From the sequence record DRR723986_8527: a stretch of 54,825 bases of DNA; one strand, 5' to 3'. The notes beneath the pieces are model-generated. The model had not been told where the DNA came from. It saw only the letters and a program-made list of their open reading frames with translations, and did no database searches. The translations under genes were made by a program, and so were the position numbers. Positions 17,731 to 28,285 of the stretch are shown here, piece after piece; the stretch's first letter is position 1; each line of letters opens with the position of its first letter.

Positions 17731-19896
17731 TTAGCCTTTTACTTTTTTATTAGTTTTGCTTGGCAAAACATCGAAACCCATATTATACAGGGTAAATCCA
17801 AAAATATCAGAATACTGTTCTAATATTTTTGACACAGGTGTTCCTGCTCCATGACCAGCATCAGTCTCTATACGAATTAATGTTGGGTTGCTACCCATCT
17901 GTTTATCCTGTAACTCAGCAGCAAATTTAAAACTATGTGCAGGTACTACTCTGTCATCGTGATCACCAGTAGTCACTAAAGTTGCAGGATACTCGACACC
18001 TTCTTTTATATTATGAACAGGTGAATAACCTTTTAAGTAGTTAAACATTTCTTTGCTATCTTCGGCTGTGCCATAGTCATAAGCCCAACCTGCACCTGCC
18101 GTAAAAGTATGATAACGCAACATATCTAGTACTCCAACAGCTGGTAAGGCAACCTTCATTAAATCTGGTCGTTGTGTCATTGTTGCGCCAACTAATAACC
18201 CACCATTAGAACCACCTCTGATTGCTAAATAGTTTGAAGATGTATAATTGTTGTCAATAAGATATTCTGCAGCTGCAATGAAATCATCAAAGACATTTTG
18301 CTTTTGCATTTTTGTACCAGCATCATGCCACTTTTTACCATATTCACCACCACCACGTAAATTTGGCACAGCATAAATACCTCCTTGCTCCATCCATACC
18401 GCATTAGCAATACTAAAGCTAGGTGTTAATGAAATATTAAAACCTCCGTAACCATATAATATTGTTGGGTTTTTACCATTCAATTCAAGACCTTTCTTAT
18501 GTGTAATAATCATTGGAACCCTGGTTCCATCTTTTGATGTATAAAAAACCTGATTACTCTCGTATTCTTCTGGGTTAAAATCGATGCTTGGCTTTCTATA
18601 TAATTCTGATATTCCATTTTTAATATCATATTTGTAGATACTACCAGGAGTTACATAATTGGTAAACGAAAAATAAAGTTCTTTATCTTCTTTTTTAGCT
18701 CCAAATCCATTCGCACTACCAACACCAGGTAATTCTACTTCTCTCACTAAATTACCGTTATAATCATATTGCATTACTTTAGAAACAGCATCAACCATAT
18801 AACTTGCAAAGAAATAGCCACCACCTCTTGAAGGTCTTAATACATTTTCTGTTTCTGGAATAAAATCCATCCAATTCTCTGGTGTTGGATTAGAAGCATC
18901 TACTGTTACAATTTTTTGATTAGGTGCTCCCAGATTTGTCATTATAAACAACTTACTACCTACATTTTCTATGATATTAGAATCCGAATTGGTATGCCCT
19001 AAAATCTCAACTAGAGGAGCATTAGGCATTGTAAGGTCTTTTATATATAACTTGTTTCCAGAGGTAGAAACTCTAGGAGTAATTATAAGATAACGATCAT
19101 CTTCCGTAACGTTACCATAAATATATCTGTGTTTTTCATCTGGTATACCGCCATAGATAAGTTCATCTTCAGACTGTTTGGTGCCTAGTTTGTGATAATA
19201 GACTTTGTGTTGATCTGTTTTTGCAGACAATTCGCTTCCCTTTGGCTTATCGTAACTGGAGTAATAAAAACCTTCATTTTTATACCACGACATACCGCTA
19301 AATTTAATATCAACCAAAGTGTCTTCTACGATCTCTTTAGTCATTGCATCCATGACTAGTATTTTTCTCCAATCACTACCACCTTCTGAAATGGAATACG
19401 CTGCTATTTTACCATTTTTAGAAAAACTCAGCCCTCCGAGAGAAATTGTACCGTCTTCTTTGAATGTATTTGGATCTAAAAATACCTCAGCTGTATCTGG
19501 ACTTTCTCCTGTTTTGTAACGGTAAATAACATATTGATTTTGTAATCCATCATTTTTAGAAAAATAAGTATAATCACCTTCTACATAGGGCGCTCCTATT
19601 TTTTCATAATTCCATAATTTAGATAATCGGTCTTTTAATTCTTCCCTATATGGAATATTATCTAGGTACCCGAAAGTTACCTCATTTTGAGACTTAACCC
19701 AAGCCTCGGTTTCTTCGCTTTTATCGTCTTCTAACCAACGATAAGGATCTTTCACTTCTTCATCAAAATAGGTGTCTACAGAATCGACCATTTTTGTTTC
19801 TGGGTAAGTTACTAGAATTGGTTCCACCTTAGTTTTTTCATTTTTACAAGCCATGAAAATACTCATTAACAATACAATAAGGATTGTTTTTTTCAT
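17731..19896 (-). CDS. Prolyl oligopeptidase (S9A), lipoprotein
   Basis: [14 protein letters not shown] (Ser), DDRV (Asp), AGHG (His); lipobox FMAC. Confidence 0.95.
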   Translation of the reverse strand: MKKTILIVLLMSIFMACKNEKTKVEPILVTYPETKMVDSVDTYFDEEVKDPYRWLEDDKSEETEAWVKSQNEVTFGYLDNIPYREELKDRLSKLWNYEKIGAPYVEGDYTYFSKNDGLQNQYVIYRYKTGESPDTAEVFLDPNTFKEDGTISLGGLSFSKNGKIAAYSISEGGSDWRKILVMDAMTKEIVEDTLVDIKFSGMSWYKNEGFYYSSYDKPKGSELSAKTDQHKVYYHKLGTKQSEDELIYGGIPDEKHRYIYGNVTEDDRYLIITPRVSTSGNKLYIKDLTMPNAPLVEILGHTNSDSNIIENVGSKLFIMTNLGAPNQKIVTVDASNPTPENWMDFIPETENVLRPSRGGGYFFASYMVDAVSKVMQYDYNGNLVREVELPGVGSANGFGAKKEDKELYFSFTNYVTPGSIYKYDIKNGISELYRKPSIDFNPEEYESNQVFYTSKDGTRVPMIITHKKGLELNGKNPTILYGYGGFNISLTPSFSIANAVWMEQGGIYAVPNLRGGGEYGKKWHDAGTKMQKQNVFDDFIAAAEYLIDNNYTSSNYLAIRGGSNGGLLVGATMTQRPDLMKVALPAVGVLDMLRYHTFTAGAGWAYDYGTAEDSKEMFNYLKGYSPVHNIKEGVEYPATLVTTGDHDDRVVPAHSFKFAAELQDKQMGSNPTLIRIETDAGHGAGTPVSKILEQYSDIFGFTLYNMGFDVLPSKTNKKVKG

Positions 19897-19933
19897 AATT
19901 AGTTTATTTTAATACGTAATTATAAAATTAAAG

Positions 19934-19963
19934 AAAAAAGCCCTTACCATTAGCAAGAGCTTT
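19934..19963 (-). terminator. Intrinsic terminator after FG-GAP gene 2
   Basis: AAAGCTCTTGC-TAATG-GTAAGGGCTTTTTT on the minus strand. Confidence 0.7.
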
Positions 19964-19982
19964 ATTTAAAATACTGGAAGTA

Positions 19983-22079
19983 TTATTTCTTAATGAATTT
20001 CTGTGTTTTTATTTGGCCTTCATTCATTATTCTGAGAATGTAGTTTCCATTTGCAATATTAGTAACATCAATTGTATTTTCAGAAAATTTACCATTTAGA
20101 ATACGCTTACCAGAAATATCAAAAACTGTATAAATAGCAGTCTCAAAACCATAACTAGCGTTAATGTTAATTATGCCTGTTGTTGGGTTTGGATAAATGA
20201 TTAGGTCGTCTACAAGTGTGTCGTTTAAACTTAAACTTTGACCTTCTTGCACAACAATTGTTGAGTTTATTGTTGGGTTATTAATATTATCTACAACACC
20301 AGATGGCCAATAAATTCTTATATAGTTTATAGTTGTATCTGTACCAATACCAAAATGTGTATTCATTGTGTGCATATATCTAAATCCTTCACCGCTTCGG
20401 ACGTCTCTAATCTGAACACCAGATGGAGTACTGATCTCAACTCTTGCACCAATACCATTTCTGTTACTTCTATTTGATGCAGTATGAGCCATTCCTTCAG
20501 TTACAATTTTTATCCAATTGTTGGCATTTCCACTATTTATATAAATATTATTACTGCCAAACATGTCTAAATAACCATCGTTATTTAAATCTCCAATTGA
20601 CCCACCATAAGCAGAGTTAGGTAATGATAAATTAGGATTGTAAGTAAAAGTTAAGTCTCCATTACCAAATAACATATTACCATTTGTGAAGATGTCTAAA
20701 TTACCGTCGTTATCAAAATCAGCTGCAACATTTTCATATCCTTTAGCGGCAGAATCTACACCAGCCCCTGCTGTTACATTAGTAAATGTACCATCACCAT
20801 TATTTCTCATCAAGGTATTAGGATCATCAAAGTCACTAGATCCCACATAGGCATCCATATCACCATCATTATCAAAATCTCCCCATGCAGCAGACCAAGT
20901 TTGAATAGGATCTGCCATATTTGCCGCCGCAGCAACCTCCGTATAGGTGCCGTCACCATTATTTCTATAAAGCTCATTGGTTCTTCTTTCGATGGACCCA
21001 CCACATTTAGCCATAAACATATCAATATCTCTGTCATTATCATAGTCTATCCAAATAGAAGCGTAGTTTCCACCGTTTGGATATCCTCCCAATCCATTGG
21101 TATTACTAGACACTAAAGCATAATTATTAGAAGGACCTTGATTTAAATACGTTAAACTTTCATCTACATCGTGACAAACAAAGGCATCTAAATTTCCATC
21201 ATTGTCTACATCAACAAAATTTGAGCGCTGAGAAAACACATATTCGTTGATCGAAAATTCATTATAAGCAGTACCATTAGAATTAGCAATCATAAAGCTA
21301 ACACCATTTCCGTCGCCATATAGTAAGTCGTTATAACCATCAGCGTTAATGTCTCCTGCAGCAATACTCCAAAAAGGAGAATAAGTTGGTTCACTAGTTG
21401 CAATTGTGACATCATTAAAACCACCGCCTGGTAATTGATAATGTATATTAATAAAAGAGTTAGTACCATCATTAACACTTACAACATCGTCTAAATGGTC
21501 GCCATTCATATCTACAATGGCTTGATCATAAGAACCTGCGGCATTTATAGTTTGCTGAGTGAAAGTAACTGGTGTTGGTGGTGGTGGTGGAGTTGGGTCG
21601 TCTTCAGTTAAGATAAAATCAAAATTACTACTGTTAGTCCATTTGTCATCCCAAACAATATAATAGGTTTCACCTACTTCAACCTCAAATACAGCAACAG
21701 ACAAGTAAGAATTACCATTACTACCGCCAAATACACCACCATCATCATTACCACCTACACATGTAAATATGCCTGTACCACAATCTCCTTTAAATACTTG
21801 TACTCTTGTGTCTTTATCACCGTTTTGACTTAAATCAGAGCTGACTGTAACTTCGTAATCTTCGTCTGGGATATATTTTACCCATTCGCCTCCATCTACA
21901 TTACTACCTGTACCTTCACAAAATATTGGCGGCATGTCACCGTCAATAGTGCCAATAGTATAAACAGTATCTGGTGATATACTAGAACTTGCATTGGTCG
22001 CGGCACAAGTATCGTAAGTTTGTGCCTCTAAACATAGGAGCGACATAAAACTAAATGTGAATAGTAATATTTTTTTCAT
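19983..22079 (-). CDS. T9SS-secreted FG-GAP/ASPIC-UnbV (CRTAC1-like) protein, paralog of 11682-14132
   Basis: Signal peptide; Cys-containing N-domain; Pro-rich linker; DxxxDG repeats; ASPIC/UnbV motif; type A CTD. Confidence 0.85.
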   Translation of the reverse strand: MKKILLFTFSFMSLLCLEAQTYDTCAATNASSSISPDTVYTIGTIDGDMPPIFCEGTGSNVDGGEWVKYIPDEDYEVTVSSDLSQNGDKDTRVQVFKGDCGTGIFTCVGGNDDGGVFGGSNGNSYLSVAVFEVEVGETYYIVWDDKWTNSSNFDFILTEDDPTPPPPPTPVTFTQQTINAAGSYDQAIVDMNGDHLDDVVSVNDGTNSFINIHYQLPGGGFNDVTIATSEPTYSPFWSIAAGDINADGYNDLLYGDGNGVSFMIANSNGTAYNEFSINEYVFSQRSNFVDVDNDGNLDAFVCHDVDESLTYLNQGPSNNYALVSSNTNGLGGYPNGGNYASIWIDYDNDRDIDMFMAKCGGSIERRTNELYRNNGDGTYTEVAAAANMADPIQTWSAAWGDFDNDGDMDAYVGSSDFDDPNTLMRNNGDGTFTNVTAGAGVDSAAKGYENVAADFDNDGNLDIFTNGNMLFGNGDLTFTYNPNLSLPNSAYGGSIGDLNNDGYLDMFGSNNIYINSGNANNWIKIVTEGMAHTASNRSNRNGIGARVEISTPSGVQIRDVRSGEGFRYMHTMNTHFGIGTDTTINYIRIYWPSGVVDNINNPTINSTIVVQEGQSLSLNDTLVDDLIIYPNPTTGIININASYGFETAIYTVFDISGKRILNGKFSENTIDVTNIANGNYILRIMNEGQIKTQKFIKK

Positions 22080-22092
22080 AATAGCTTATTTT

Positions 22093-23178
22093 TTAATCAC
22101 AATTGGTTAAGGAATTTATCCATGCATCGATGAGTTCAATTCCTTCTTGATGTTGTATTGTTCTTGCCAAAAGTGGCATTCTTGTTGATTGTTCTACGGA
22201 TTTAAGTCTAAAGGATAATATAGATCTTTCAGAGTTTCCTGGGTCAATAATTTTTGTTAGTGCAGGATCAAAAACATCATCAGCATCCACACAAACACCT
22301 GTATTTACTATATCTACTGTTTCATTAAATGCGAATCTTACCGGTCTATAATCACAATGTCTGTTATCTGCATGACAATGAGCACAGTTAATATCTAGGT
22401 AAGATCGGGCTCTTAATTCTAAGGATTCGCTTTCGTCTTTATAATCTACTACAGTTTCTATATCATCTGGGATATTATCAGACAGATACCCAAACTCAAT
22501 CCATTTTTGTAATTGATTTTTAGTTTCATTGGCGTACTCAATAGCTTTGTTGAGACTATTTGGTTTAACACCAATTGGCATCGGATCTGCATCATCAGTT
22601 TTATGACAAGTTAAACATTGTGAAGCAGCAGGGATTTGATAATTTACACTTTTAGCTTCTCCATTAGCAATAAAATTAATGGATTGATAACTACCACTTA
22701 GATCAAAAGTTGCCTCAGTCTGTTCCTCATTCCACACATAATTAGCAAAAACCCAACCGCTTTCTTTTTTTATCTGAAGTCTGGTTTCTATAATTTTTGT
22801 TGAATTATCAGGAAGTATATTATCGTAATAAAAATTTTTGATTAAGACAGTTCCTAGAGGAAAATCAAGAATGTCATGGTCAGAAACATAATTGGCAATT
22901 ACACCATCTGGCATCCAAACAAAACGTTTTTTCTTTGCGTATTCCGAGAATAGAGGAGTAATCATGTCATAAGGCAATACTCCGTATACAGGATTTAAGC
23001 CTTTCATGTCTCCATTGAAAAAGTTATATTCAGAAAGTGTCTGGTAAGGTACAGCCTCTAGATCAAATATAACAGGCGATACTTGAGGCGTATCATCAAC
23101 ATCAGTATACCCATCATCACTAGAACATGATAAGACTAGGGCAAATAAAAATACTATATAGAAACAATTTTTTAACAC
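22093..23178 (-). CDS. Diheme c-type cytochrome lipoprotein (SO2930-like), paralog of 14144-15502
   Basis: GTG start; lipobox VLSC-SSDD; PLFSEYAKKKRF; CLTCH, CAHCH and RMPL. Confidence 0.8.
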   Translation of the reverse strand: MLKNCFYIVFLFALVLSCSSDDGYTDVDDTPQVSPVIFDLEAVPYQTLSEYNFFNGDMKGLNPVYGVLPYDMITPLFSEYAKKKRFVWMPDGVIANYVSDHDILDFPLGTVLIKNFYYDNILPDNSTKIIETRLQIKKESGWVFANYVWNEEQTEATFDLSGSYQSINFIANGEAKSVNYQIPAASQCLTCHKTDDADPMPIGVKPNSLNKAIEYANETKNQLQKWIEFGYLSDNIPDDIETVVDYKDESESLELRARSYLDINCAHCHADNRHCDYRPVRFAFNETVDIVNTGVCVDADDVFDPALTKIIDPGNSERSILSFRLKSVEQSTRMPLLARTIQHQEGIELIDAWINSLTNCD

Positions 23179-23196
23179 TTATAGTAAGTTGGGACT

Positions 23197-23204
23197 ACAA
23201 TATA
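23197..23204 (-). promoter_or_regulatory. Candidate -7 promoter for cytochrome/FG-GAP operon 2
   Basis: TATATTGT, a variant of TAnnTTTG. Confidence 0.35.
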
Positions 23205-23294
23205 GCTACAAGTGTTTGAAAGAGTTTAATTAATTAGTTGAACTACATAATTTTACTGTTATGGTGACAAGATTTCGATAAAGTGTATCTAGCA

Positions 23295-24287
23295 CTATTT
23301 AATCAAATTATTTTTTGCTAAAAATTCTGCTATTTGAACCGTATTTGTAGCAGCTCCTTTTCTAAGATTATCACTAACTATCCATAGGTTAAGTGTATTA
23401 GGTTGAGAACCATCTCTCCTTATTCTACCAACAAAGACGTCATCTTTACCATTTGCAAATATTGGCATAGGATATACATTAACATCTAAATTATCTTGTA
23501 CTGTAACACCTTCGGTGTTATTGAGTAATTGCCTAACTTCGCTTATATTAAAATCGTCTTTAAACTCAACATTAACAGCTTCGCTATGACCACCTGCCGT
23601 AGGAATTCTTACAGCTGTTGCTGTAACTGCTATTGATTTATCGTTTAATATTTTTTGTGTTTCACGTACCAGTTTCATTTCCTCTTTTGTGTAACCATTC
23701 TCTTCGAATACATCACAGTGTGGTATAGCATTTCTATGTATAGGATAATGATAAGCCATTTCACCTTTAACACCAGCCATCTCATTTTCCATTTGTTCAA
23801 CGGCTTTTATACCCGTTCCAGAAACAGATTGATAGGTTGATACTACAATTCTCTTAATAGTATACTTTTTATGAAGTGGTGCCAATACCATTACCATTTG
23901 AATAGTTGAGCAATTAGGATTGGCTATAATTTTATCCTCTTTTGACAGTTGATTTGAATTAATTTCTGGGACTATTAATTTTTTAGACAGATCCATTCGC
24001 CATGCCGAAGAATTGTCTATAACTGTTGTGCCAACTTCTGCAAATTTAGGAGCCCATTCTAACGATGTGCCACCGCCTGCAGAGAAAAGAGCAATGTCTG
24101 GTCGTTTTTCTATAGCAGAAGGAATGCTAATAACTTCGTGCTGCCTTCCTTTAAATTCAATTTTCTTACCTACAGATCTTTCTGAAGCAACTAGTAATAA
24201 TTCATCTATAGGAAAATTACGCTCTTCTAAAACCTTTAGCATTACGTTTCCTACCAAACCTGTAGCACCTACTACTGCAATTTTCAT
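23295..24287 (-). CDS. asd: Aspartate-semialdehyde dehydrogenase
   Basis: VVGATGLVG, DNSSAWRM, NPNCSTIQ, DNLRKGAATN; start at MKIAVV. Confidence 0.95.
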   Translation of the reverse strand: MKIAVVGATGLVGNVMLKVLEERNFPIDELLLVASERSVGKKIEFKGRQHEVISIPSAIEKRPDIALFSAGGGTSLEWAPKFAEVGTTVIDNSSAWRMDLSKKLIVPEINSNQLSKEDKIIANPNCSTIQMVMVLAPLHKKYTIKRIVVSTYQSVSGTGIKAVEQMENEMAGVKGEMAYHYPIHRNAIPHCDVFEENGYTKEEMKLVRETQKILNDKSIAVTATAVRIPTAGGHSEAVNVEFKDDFNISEVRQLLNNTEGVTVQDNLDVNVYPMPIFANGKDDVFVGRIRRDGSQPNTLNLWIVSDNLRKGAATNTVQIAEFLAKNNLIK

Positions 24288-24399
24288 ATTAATCCATTTA
24301 ATTGGCAAAATTATAGTATTTCTTCAAGTATATGTATCATATAAGCGATAAAAATGTCATAAAAATAATGGTACTTAATTAAGAATTTTGCATAATTCT

Positions 24400-24432
24400 A
24401 AAAAAAGAACCCAGACTTAATAGCCTGGGTTT
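24400..24432 (-). terminator. Intrinsic terminator after mscL
   Basis: AACCCAGGCT-ATTA-AGTCTGGGTTCTTTTTT on the minus strand. Confidence 0.7.
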
Positions 24433-24471
24433 AATTATTAAAAGTAGTGTAGCGGTGTCGCTATACTTAAA

Positions 24472-24876
24472 TTACTTCTTTAAAGCATCTCTAATTTCAG
24501 TCAATAAATCAACTTCAGATGGTCCTGCTGGAGCTGGAGCTTCAGCTGGTTTCTTAGTTTTGTTGTAGGCTTTAACAATCATAAACATTACTAATCCAAC
24601 GATTAATAAATTAATAATTGTGTTAATCCATGCACCATAAGCAATAACCGCTGCTCCGGCTTCTTTTGCCGCAGCTAGTGATTCATACTCCTTACCATCC
24701 ATTGCATAATGAAGGTCTTCAAAGTTCATTCCACCTGCAAAATAACCTACAAAAGGCATTGCAATATTAGAAACAAATCCATTAATAACTGCGCCTAAAG
24801 CACCAGCCATAATTACTGCAACCGCGAAATCAATCACGTTCCCAGTCATAATAAAATCCTTAAATTCTTTTAACAT
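24472..24876 (-). CDS. mscL: Large-conductance mechanosensitive channel
   Basis: EFKDFIMTGNVIDFAVAVI; LLTEIRDAL. Confidence 0.95.
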   Translation of the reverse strand: MLKEFKDFIMTGNVIDFAVAVIMAGALGAVINGFVSNIAMPFVGYFAGGMNFEDLHYAMDGKEYESLAAAKEAGAAVIAYGAWINTIINLLIVGLVMFMIVKAYNKTKKPAEAPAPAGPSEVDLLTEIRDALKK

Positions 24877-24960
24877 AATTTAGTGTATTTAATAGTATAG
24901 TCAATATGTTAGTTAGACACTAAAATAGTTAAAAAAGTCACAAAATGTTAATTAACACTT

Positions 24961-26067
24961 CTATTTTAGAAACAAACGCTTGACACGCTGGGAGATTGCA
25001 GTAAGTATTTCATAAGAAATTGTATTGGCAGATTCAGCAAAATCTGAAGCTTTATTATTGCCATCGAAGATTATTACTTCATCTCCTTCCTTACATTTAA
25101 TATTTGTAACATTTACCATAATCATGTCCATACAAACATTACCAATAATGGCTGCTGTATTTCCATTAATAATTACTCTAGCCTTTTCATTACCGTAAAT
25201 ACGACTTATGCCATCTGCATGACCAACTGGTATGGTTGCAGTCATTTCATAACCTTTAGATTTGTAAGCTCTGTTGTAGCCTACGGTTTCATCTTTTTCG
25301 ATTTTATGAATTTGAGAAATAACCGATTTGAAACTTGCTATTGGTTTTAAATTTAAGTCTTCAATAGCAGAATTACCGTAACCATATAGACCAATACCAC
25401 AACGTACCATATTAAAATGAGCTTCAGGGAAATTTATAACACCAGAAGTATTGCATAAATGAAACCATGGTTTGTAGCCTAATTTGTTTTCGAATTCTTT
25501 AGCAATTTTTAAAAACGTTTCAATTTGTTTCCTTGTAAAATCTACTTCATTTAAATCTTCGCTGGCCGCTAAATGTGAAAATATAGATTTAGCTACTATA
25601 CTATCGGTACGTTTTAATTGTTCTGAAATGAAGTCTATATTATTTTCCCAGAAGCCTAATCTATTTAAGCCTGTATTGAACTTTATATGTATTGGATATT
25701 TTTTTTGAGAATGAGTTTCAGCAGTTTCAATGAATTCTCTCAAAACTCTTGGACTATAAATACTAGGCTCTAAACACCTATCAATTATAGTTTTAAAATT
25801 CACAGGTTGTGGATGTAAAACAAGTATAGGTTTTGTGATACCAGCATCGCGCAGTATAACACCTTCCTTAGCATAGGCTACGGCAAAATAATCCACTTCT
25901 AAACTTTGAAGATGTTTGGCAATTTCTATAGAATCACTTCCATAAGCAAAGGCCTTTACAACAGCTAAAAATTTAGTTTTGGGTTTTAGTTTTGATTTTA
26001 GATAATTGTAGTTGTGAGTTAGAGCACCTAAATCAATTTCGAGAATGGTTTCTTTAGCTTTTGGCAT
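24961..26067 (-). CDS. alr: Alanine racemase
   Basis: [24 protein letters not shown]; start at MPKAKET overlaps the tdk stop. Confidence 0.95.
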   Translation of the reverse strand: MPKAKETILEIDLGALTHNYNYLKSKLKPKTKFLAVVKAFAYGSDSIEIAKHLQSLEVDYFAVAYAKEGVILRDAGITKPILVLHPQPVNFKTIIDRCLEPSIYSPRVLREFIETAETHSQKKYPIHIKFNTGLNRLGFWENNIDFISEQLKRTDSIVAKSIFSHLAASEDLNEVDFTRKQIETFLKIAKEFENKLGYKPWFHLCNTSGVINFPEAHFNMVRCGIGLYGYGNSAIEDLNLKPIASFKSVISQIHKIEKDETVGYNRAYKSKGYEMTATIPVGHADGISRIYGNEKARVIINGNTAAIIGNVCMDMIMVNVTNIKCKEGDEVIIFDGNNKASDFAESANTISYEILTAISQRVKRLFLK

Positions 26068-26707
26068 CAGACTTCTTTTCTTTAGTATTGATTTCTTCGG
26101 CATCGTTTACCTTCATTTGCCTGACCTTATCTCTTAGCATACTTTTGTAATAAGCCGCTCTACTTAACGGCTCATATTCGTCAACTTCACCTAATAAGAC
26201 TAGGTCATCATTTTTTGCCTTTCTGTAACTGTATTGGGCTAAATTCCCTGTTTTTGTGCAAATAGCATGTACTTTGGTAACATACTCAGCGGTAGCCATA
26301 AGATAAGGCATTGGACCAAAAGGATTGCCTTTAAAATCCATATCTAATCCTGCCACTATTACGCGTATACCTTTGTTGGCTAAATCATTACAGACTCTTA
26401 CAATCTCATCATCAAAAAACTGAGCCTCGTCAATACCAACCACATCGCAATCGTCTGCTAAAATAGGAATGTTTGCGGCTGCAGGTACAGGTGTAGAACG
26501 TATTTCGTTATCATCATGAGAAACTACCATCTCGTCATCATAGCGTATATCGACAGCAGGTTTAAAAATTTCAACCTTTTGTCTGGCAAATTTGGCGCGT
26601 TTCAATCTACGTATCAATTCCTCAGTCTTTCCAGAGAACATCGATCCACATATCACTTCAATCCACCCAAATTGTTCTTTATGATTTACTGTATTTTCGA
26701 GAAACAT
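26054..26707 (-). CDS. tdk: Thymidine kinase
   Basis: [24 protein letters not shown]. Confidence 0.95.
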   Translation of the reverse strand: MFLENTVNHKEQFGWIEVICGSMFSGKTEELIRRLKRAKFARQKVEIFKPAVDIRYDDEMVVSHDDNEIRSTPVPAAANIPILADDCDVVGIDEAQFFDDEIVRVCNDLANKGIRVIVAGLDMDFKGNPFGPMPYLMATAEYVTKVHAICTKTGNLAQYSYRKAKNDDLVLLGEVDEYEPLSRAAYYKSMLRDKVRQMKVNDAEEINTKEKKSDAKS

Positions 26708-26787
26708 TTCGTAATTTTAGCATTAAAACGTAGTTATTTTCCGTTTGTATAAAGGTCACGCAAATTTATTAAAAATCAAAAGTAAAA

Positions 26788-27528
26788 ATGAAAAAGAAAT
26801 TAGAATCAGAATTAGTTAGCATTGCGCATAGGATTCTAAAACTGAAAGGTAGAGAGGATGTAGATAGAATGCATGCAGAAGTATCTAAACTTTACGAAAA
26901 ACTTACGGTTTTAAAATTTGCTCAAGAGAATTTTGAGGATGATATGCCTACGATAGGTAATGATTCTTCTTTTTTTGACATGTTAGATACGGCATTTAAT
27001 AATAAGGTTAGTGATAACATTGAAGTTGAGGATAAGACTTATATAAATTTAGATGAGGTTGAGGATGATGGAATCATGGAACCGGTAATGGAGAAGATAA
27101 AAGATATGGTAGCGCAAATGCCGGAAGAAACGCAACAAGTTGATGCCATTTTAGAAAAAACCCTACCTAATGAAGCCCCTAAAACTGTAGAATTTGAAAC
27201 GATTAGTTCTGATTTTGCAGAAATACCAGAATTTGAACCTATAGAAGATGCGCAAAAGCGTGAAGCTGAAAAGAAATCTCTCAATGATAAATTAAAAGGT
27301 AAAAGTCTTCAAATTGGCTTAAACGATAAGCTTGCATTTATTAAACACTTGTTTGAAGGTAAAACAGAAGATTACGACCGTGTTGTGTCTCAAATTAATA
27401 CTACAAATTCTTTATCTGATGCACGAAACTTAATTATGAATATGGTGAAGTCAGATTATAATAATTGGGAAGGTAAGGAAGAATATGAAGAGCGGTTTAT
27501 TGAAATTGTAGAGAGTAAGTTTAATTAA
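26788..27528 (+). CDS. Conserved hypothetical protein (acidic)
   Basis: 246-aa ORF; C-terminal GLNDKLAFIKHLF helical domain. Confidence 0.75.
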   Translation: MKKKLESELVSIAHRILKLKGREDVDRMHAEVSKLYEKLTVLKFAQENFEDDMPTIGNDSSFFDMLDTAFNNKVSDNIEVEDKTYINLDEVEDDGIMEPVMEKIKDMVAQMPEETQQVDAILEKTLPNEAPKTVEFETISSDFAEIPEFEPIEDAQKREAEKKSLNDKLKGKSLQIGLNDKLAFIKHLFEGKTEDYDRVVSQINTTNSLSDARNLIMNMVKSDYNNWEGKEEYEERFIEIVESKFN

Positions 27529-27613
27529 GCTGTTCTGAATTAACAATTAATTGTTTTAAAAATCTCAAGATATTCAAACTTAGAGTTTAATTTGCATTTT
27601 TATTTATTCGCCA

Positions 27614-28285
27614 ATGAGTAAACTTTACCTTGTCCCAACACCTATAGGAAATTTAAAGGATATTACCTTTAGGGCAGTTGATGTGCTTAAGGAGGTAGAT
27701 CTTATTCTTGCAGAGGACACAAGGACTTCGGGTAAGCTGTTAAAGCATTTTGAAATTAACACTCAGATGCAAAGCCATCATATGCACAATGAACATAAAA
27801 CAGTAAATGGTGTTGTAGAAAAACTAAAATCAGGAATGTCTATTGCTGTAATAAGTGATGCTGGTACACCTGCAATCTCTGACCCAGGATTTTTATTGGT
27901 AAGAGCCTGTGTTGAAAACAATATAGATGTTGAGTGTTTGCCTGGAGCAACTGCGTTTGTACCTGCTCTTGTAAATAGTGGATTACCAAATGATAAGTTT
28001 GTATTTGAAGGCTTTTTACCTGTAAAGAAGGGTCGCCAAACACGTTTAAACCTATTAGCAGAAGAAACCAGAACCATGATATTATATGAAAGTCCACATA
28101 AATTAGTAAAAACTTTAGGGCACTTTTGTGAGTATTTTGGAGAAGACAGATTGGTTTCTGTTTCAAGAGAATTAACTAAGCTTTATGAGGAAACTATTCG
28201 TGGTACAGCTAAAGAGGTTTTAGACCATTACACTAACAAACCACCAAAGGGTGAAATTGTTATTGTGGTTGCTGGGAAAAAATAA
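27614..28285 (+). CDS. rsmI: 16S rRNA C1402 2'-O-methyltransferase
   Basis: LYLVPTPIGNL, AEDTR, SDAGTPAISDPG, YESPH, RELTK. Confidence 0.95.
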   Translation: MSKLYLVPTPIGNLKDITFRAVDVLKEVDLILAEDTRTSGKLLKHFEINTQMQSHHMHNEHKTVNGVVEKLKSGMSIAVISDAGTPAISDPGFLLVRACVENNIDVECLPGATAFVPALVNSGLPNDKFVFEGFLPVKKGRQTRLNLLAEETRTMILYESPHKLVKTLGHFCEYFGEDRLVSVSRELTKLYEETIRGTAKEVLDHYTNKPPKGEIVIVVAGKK

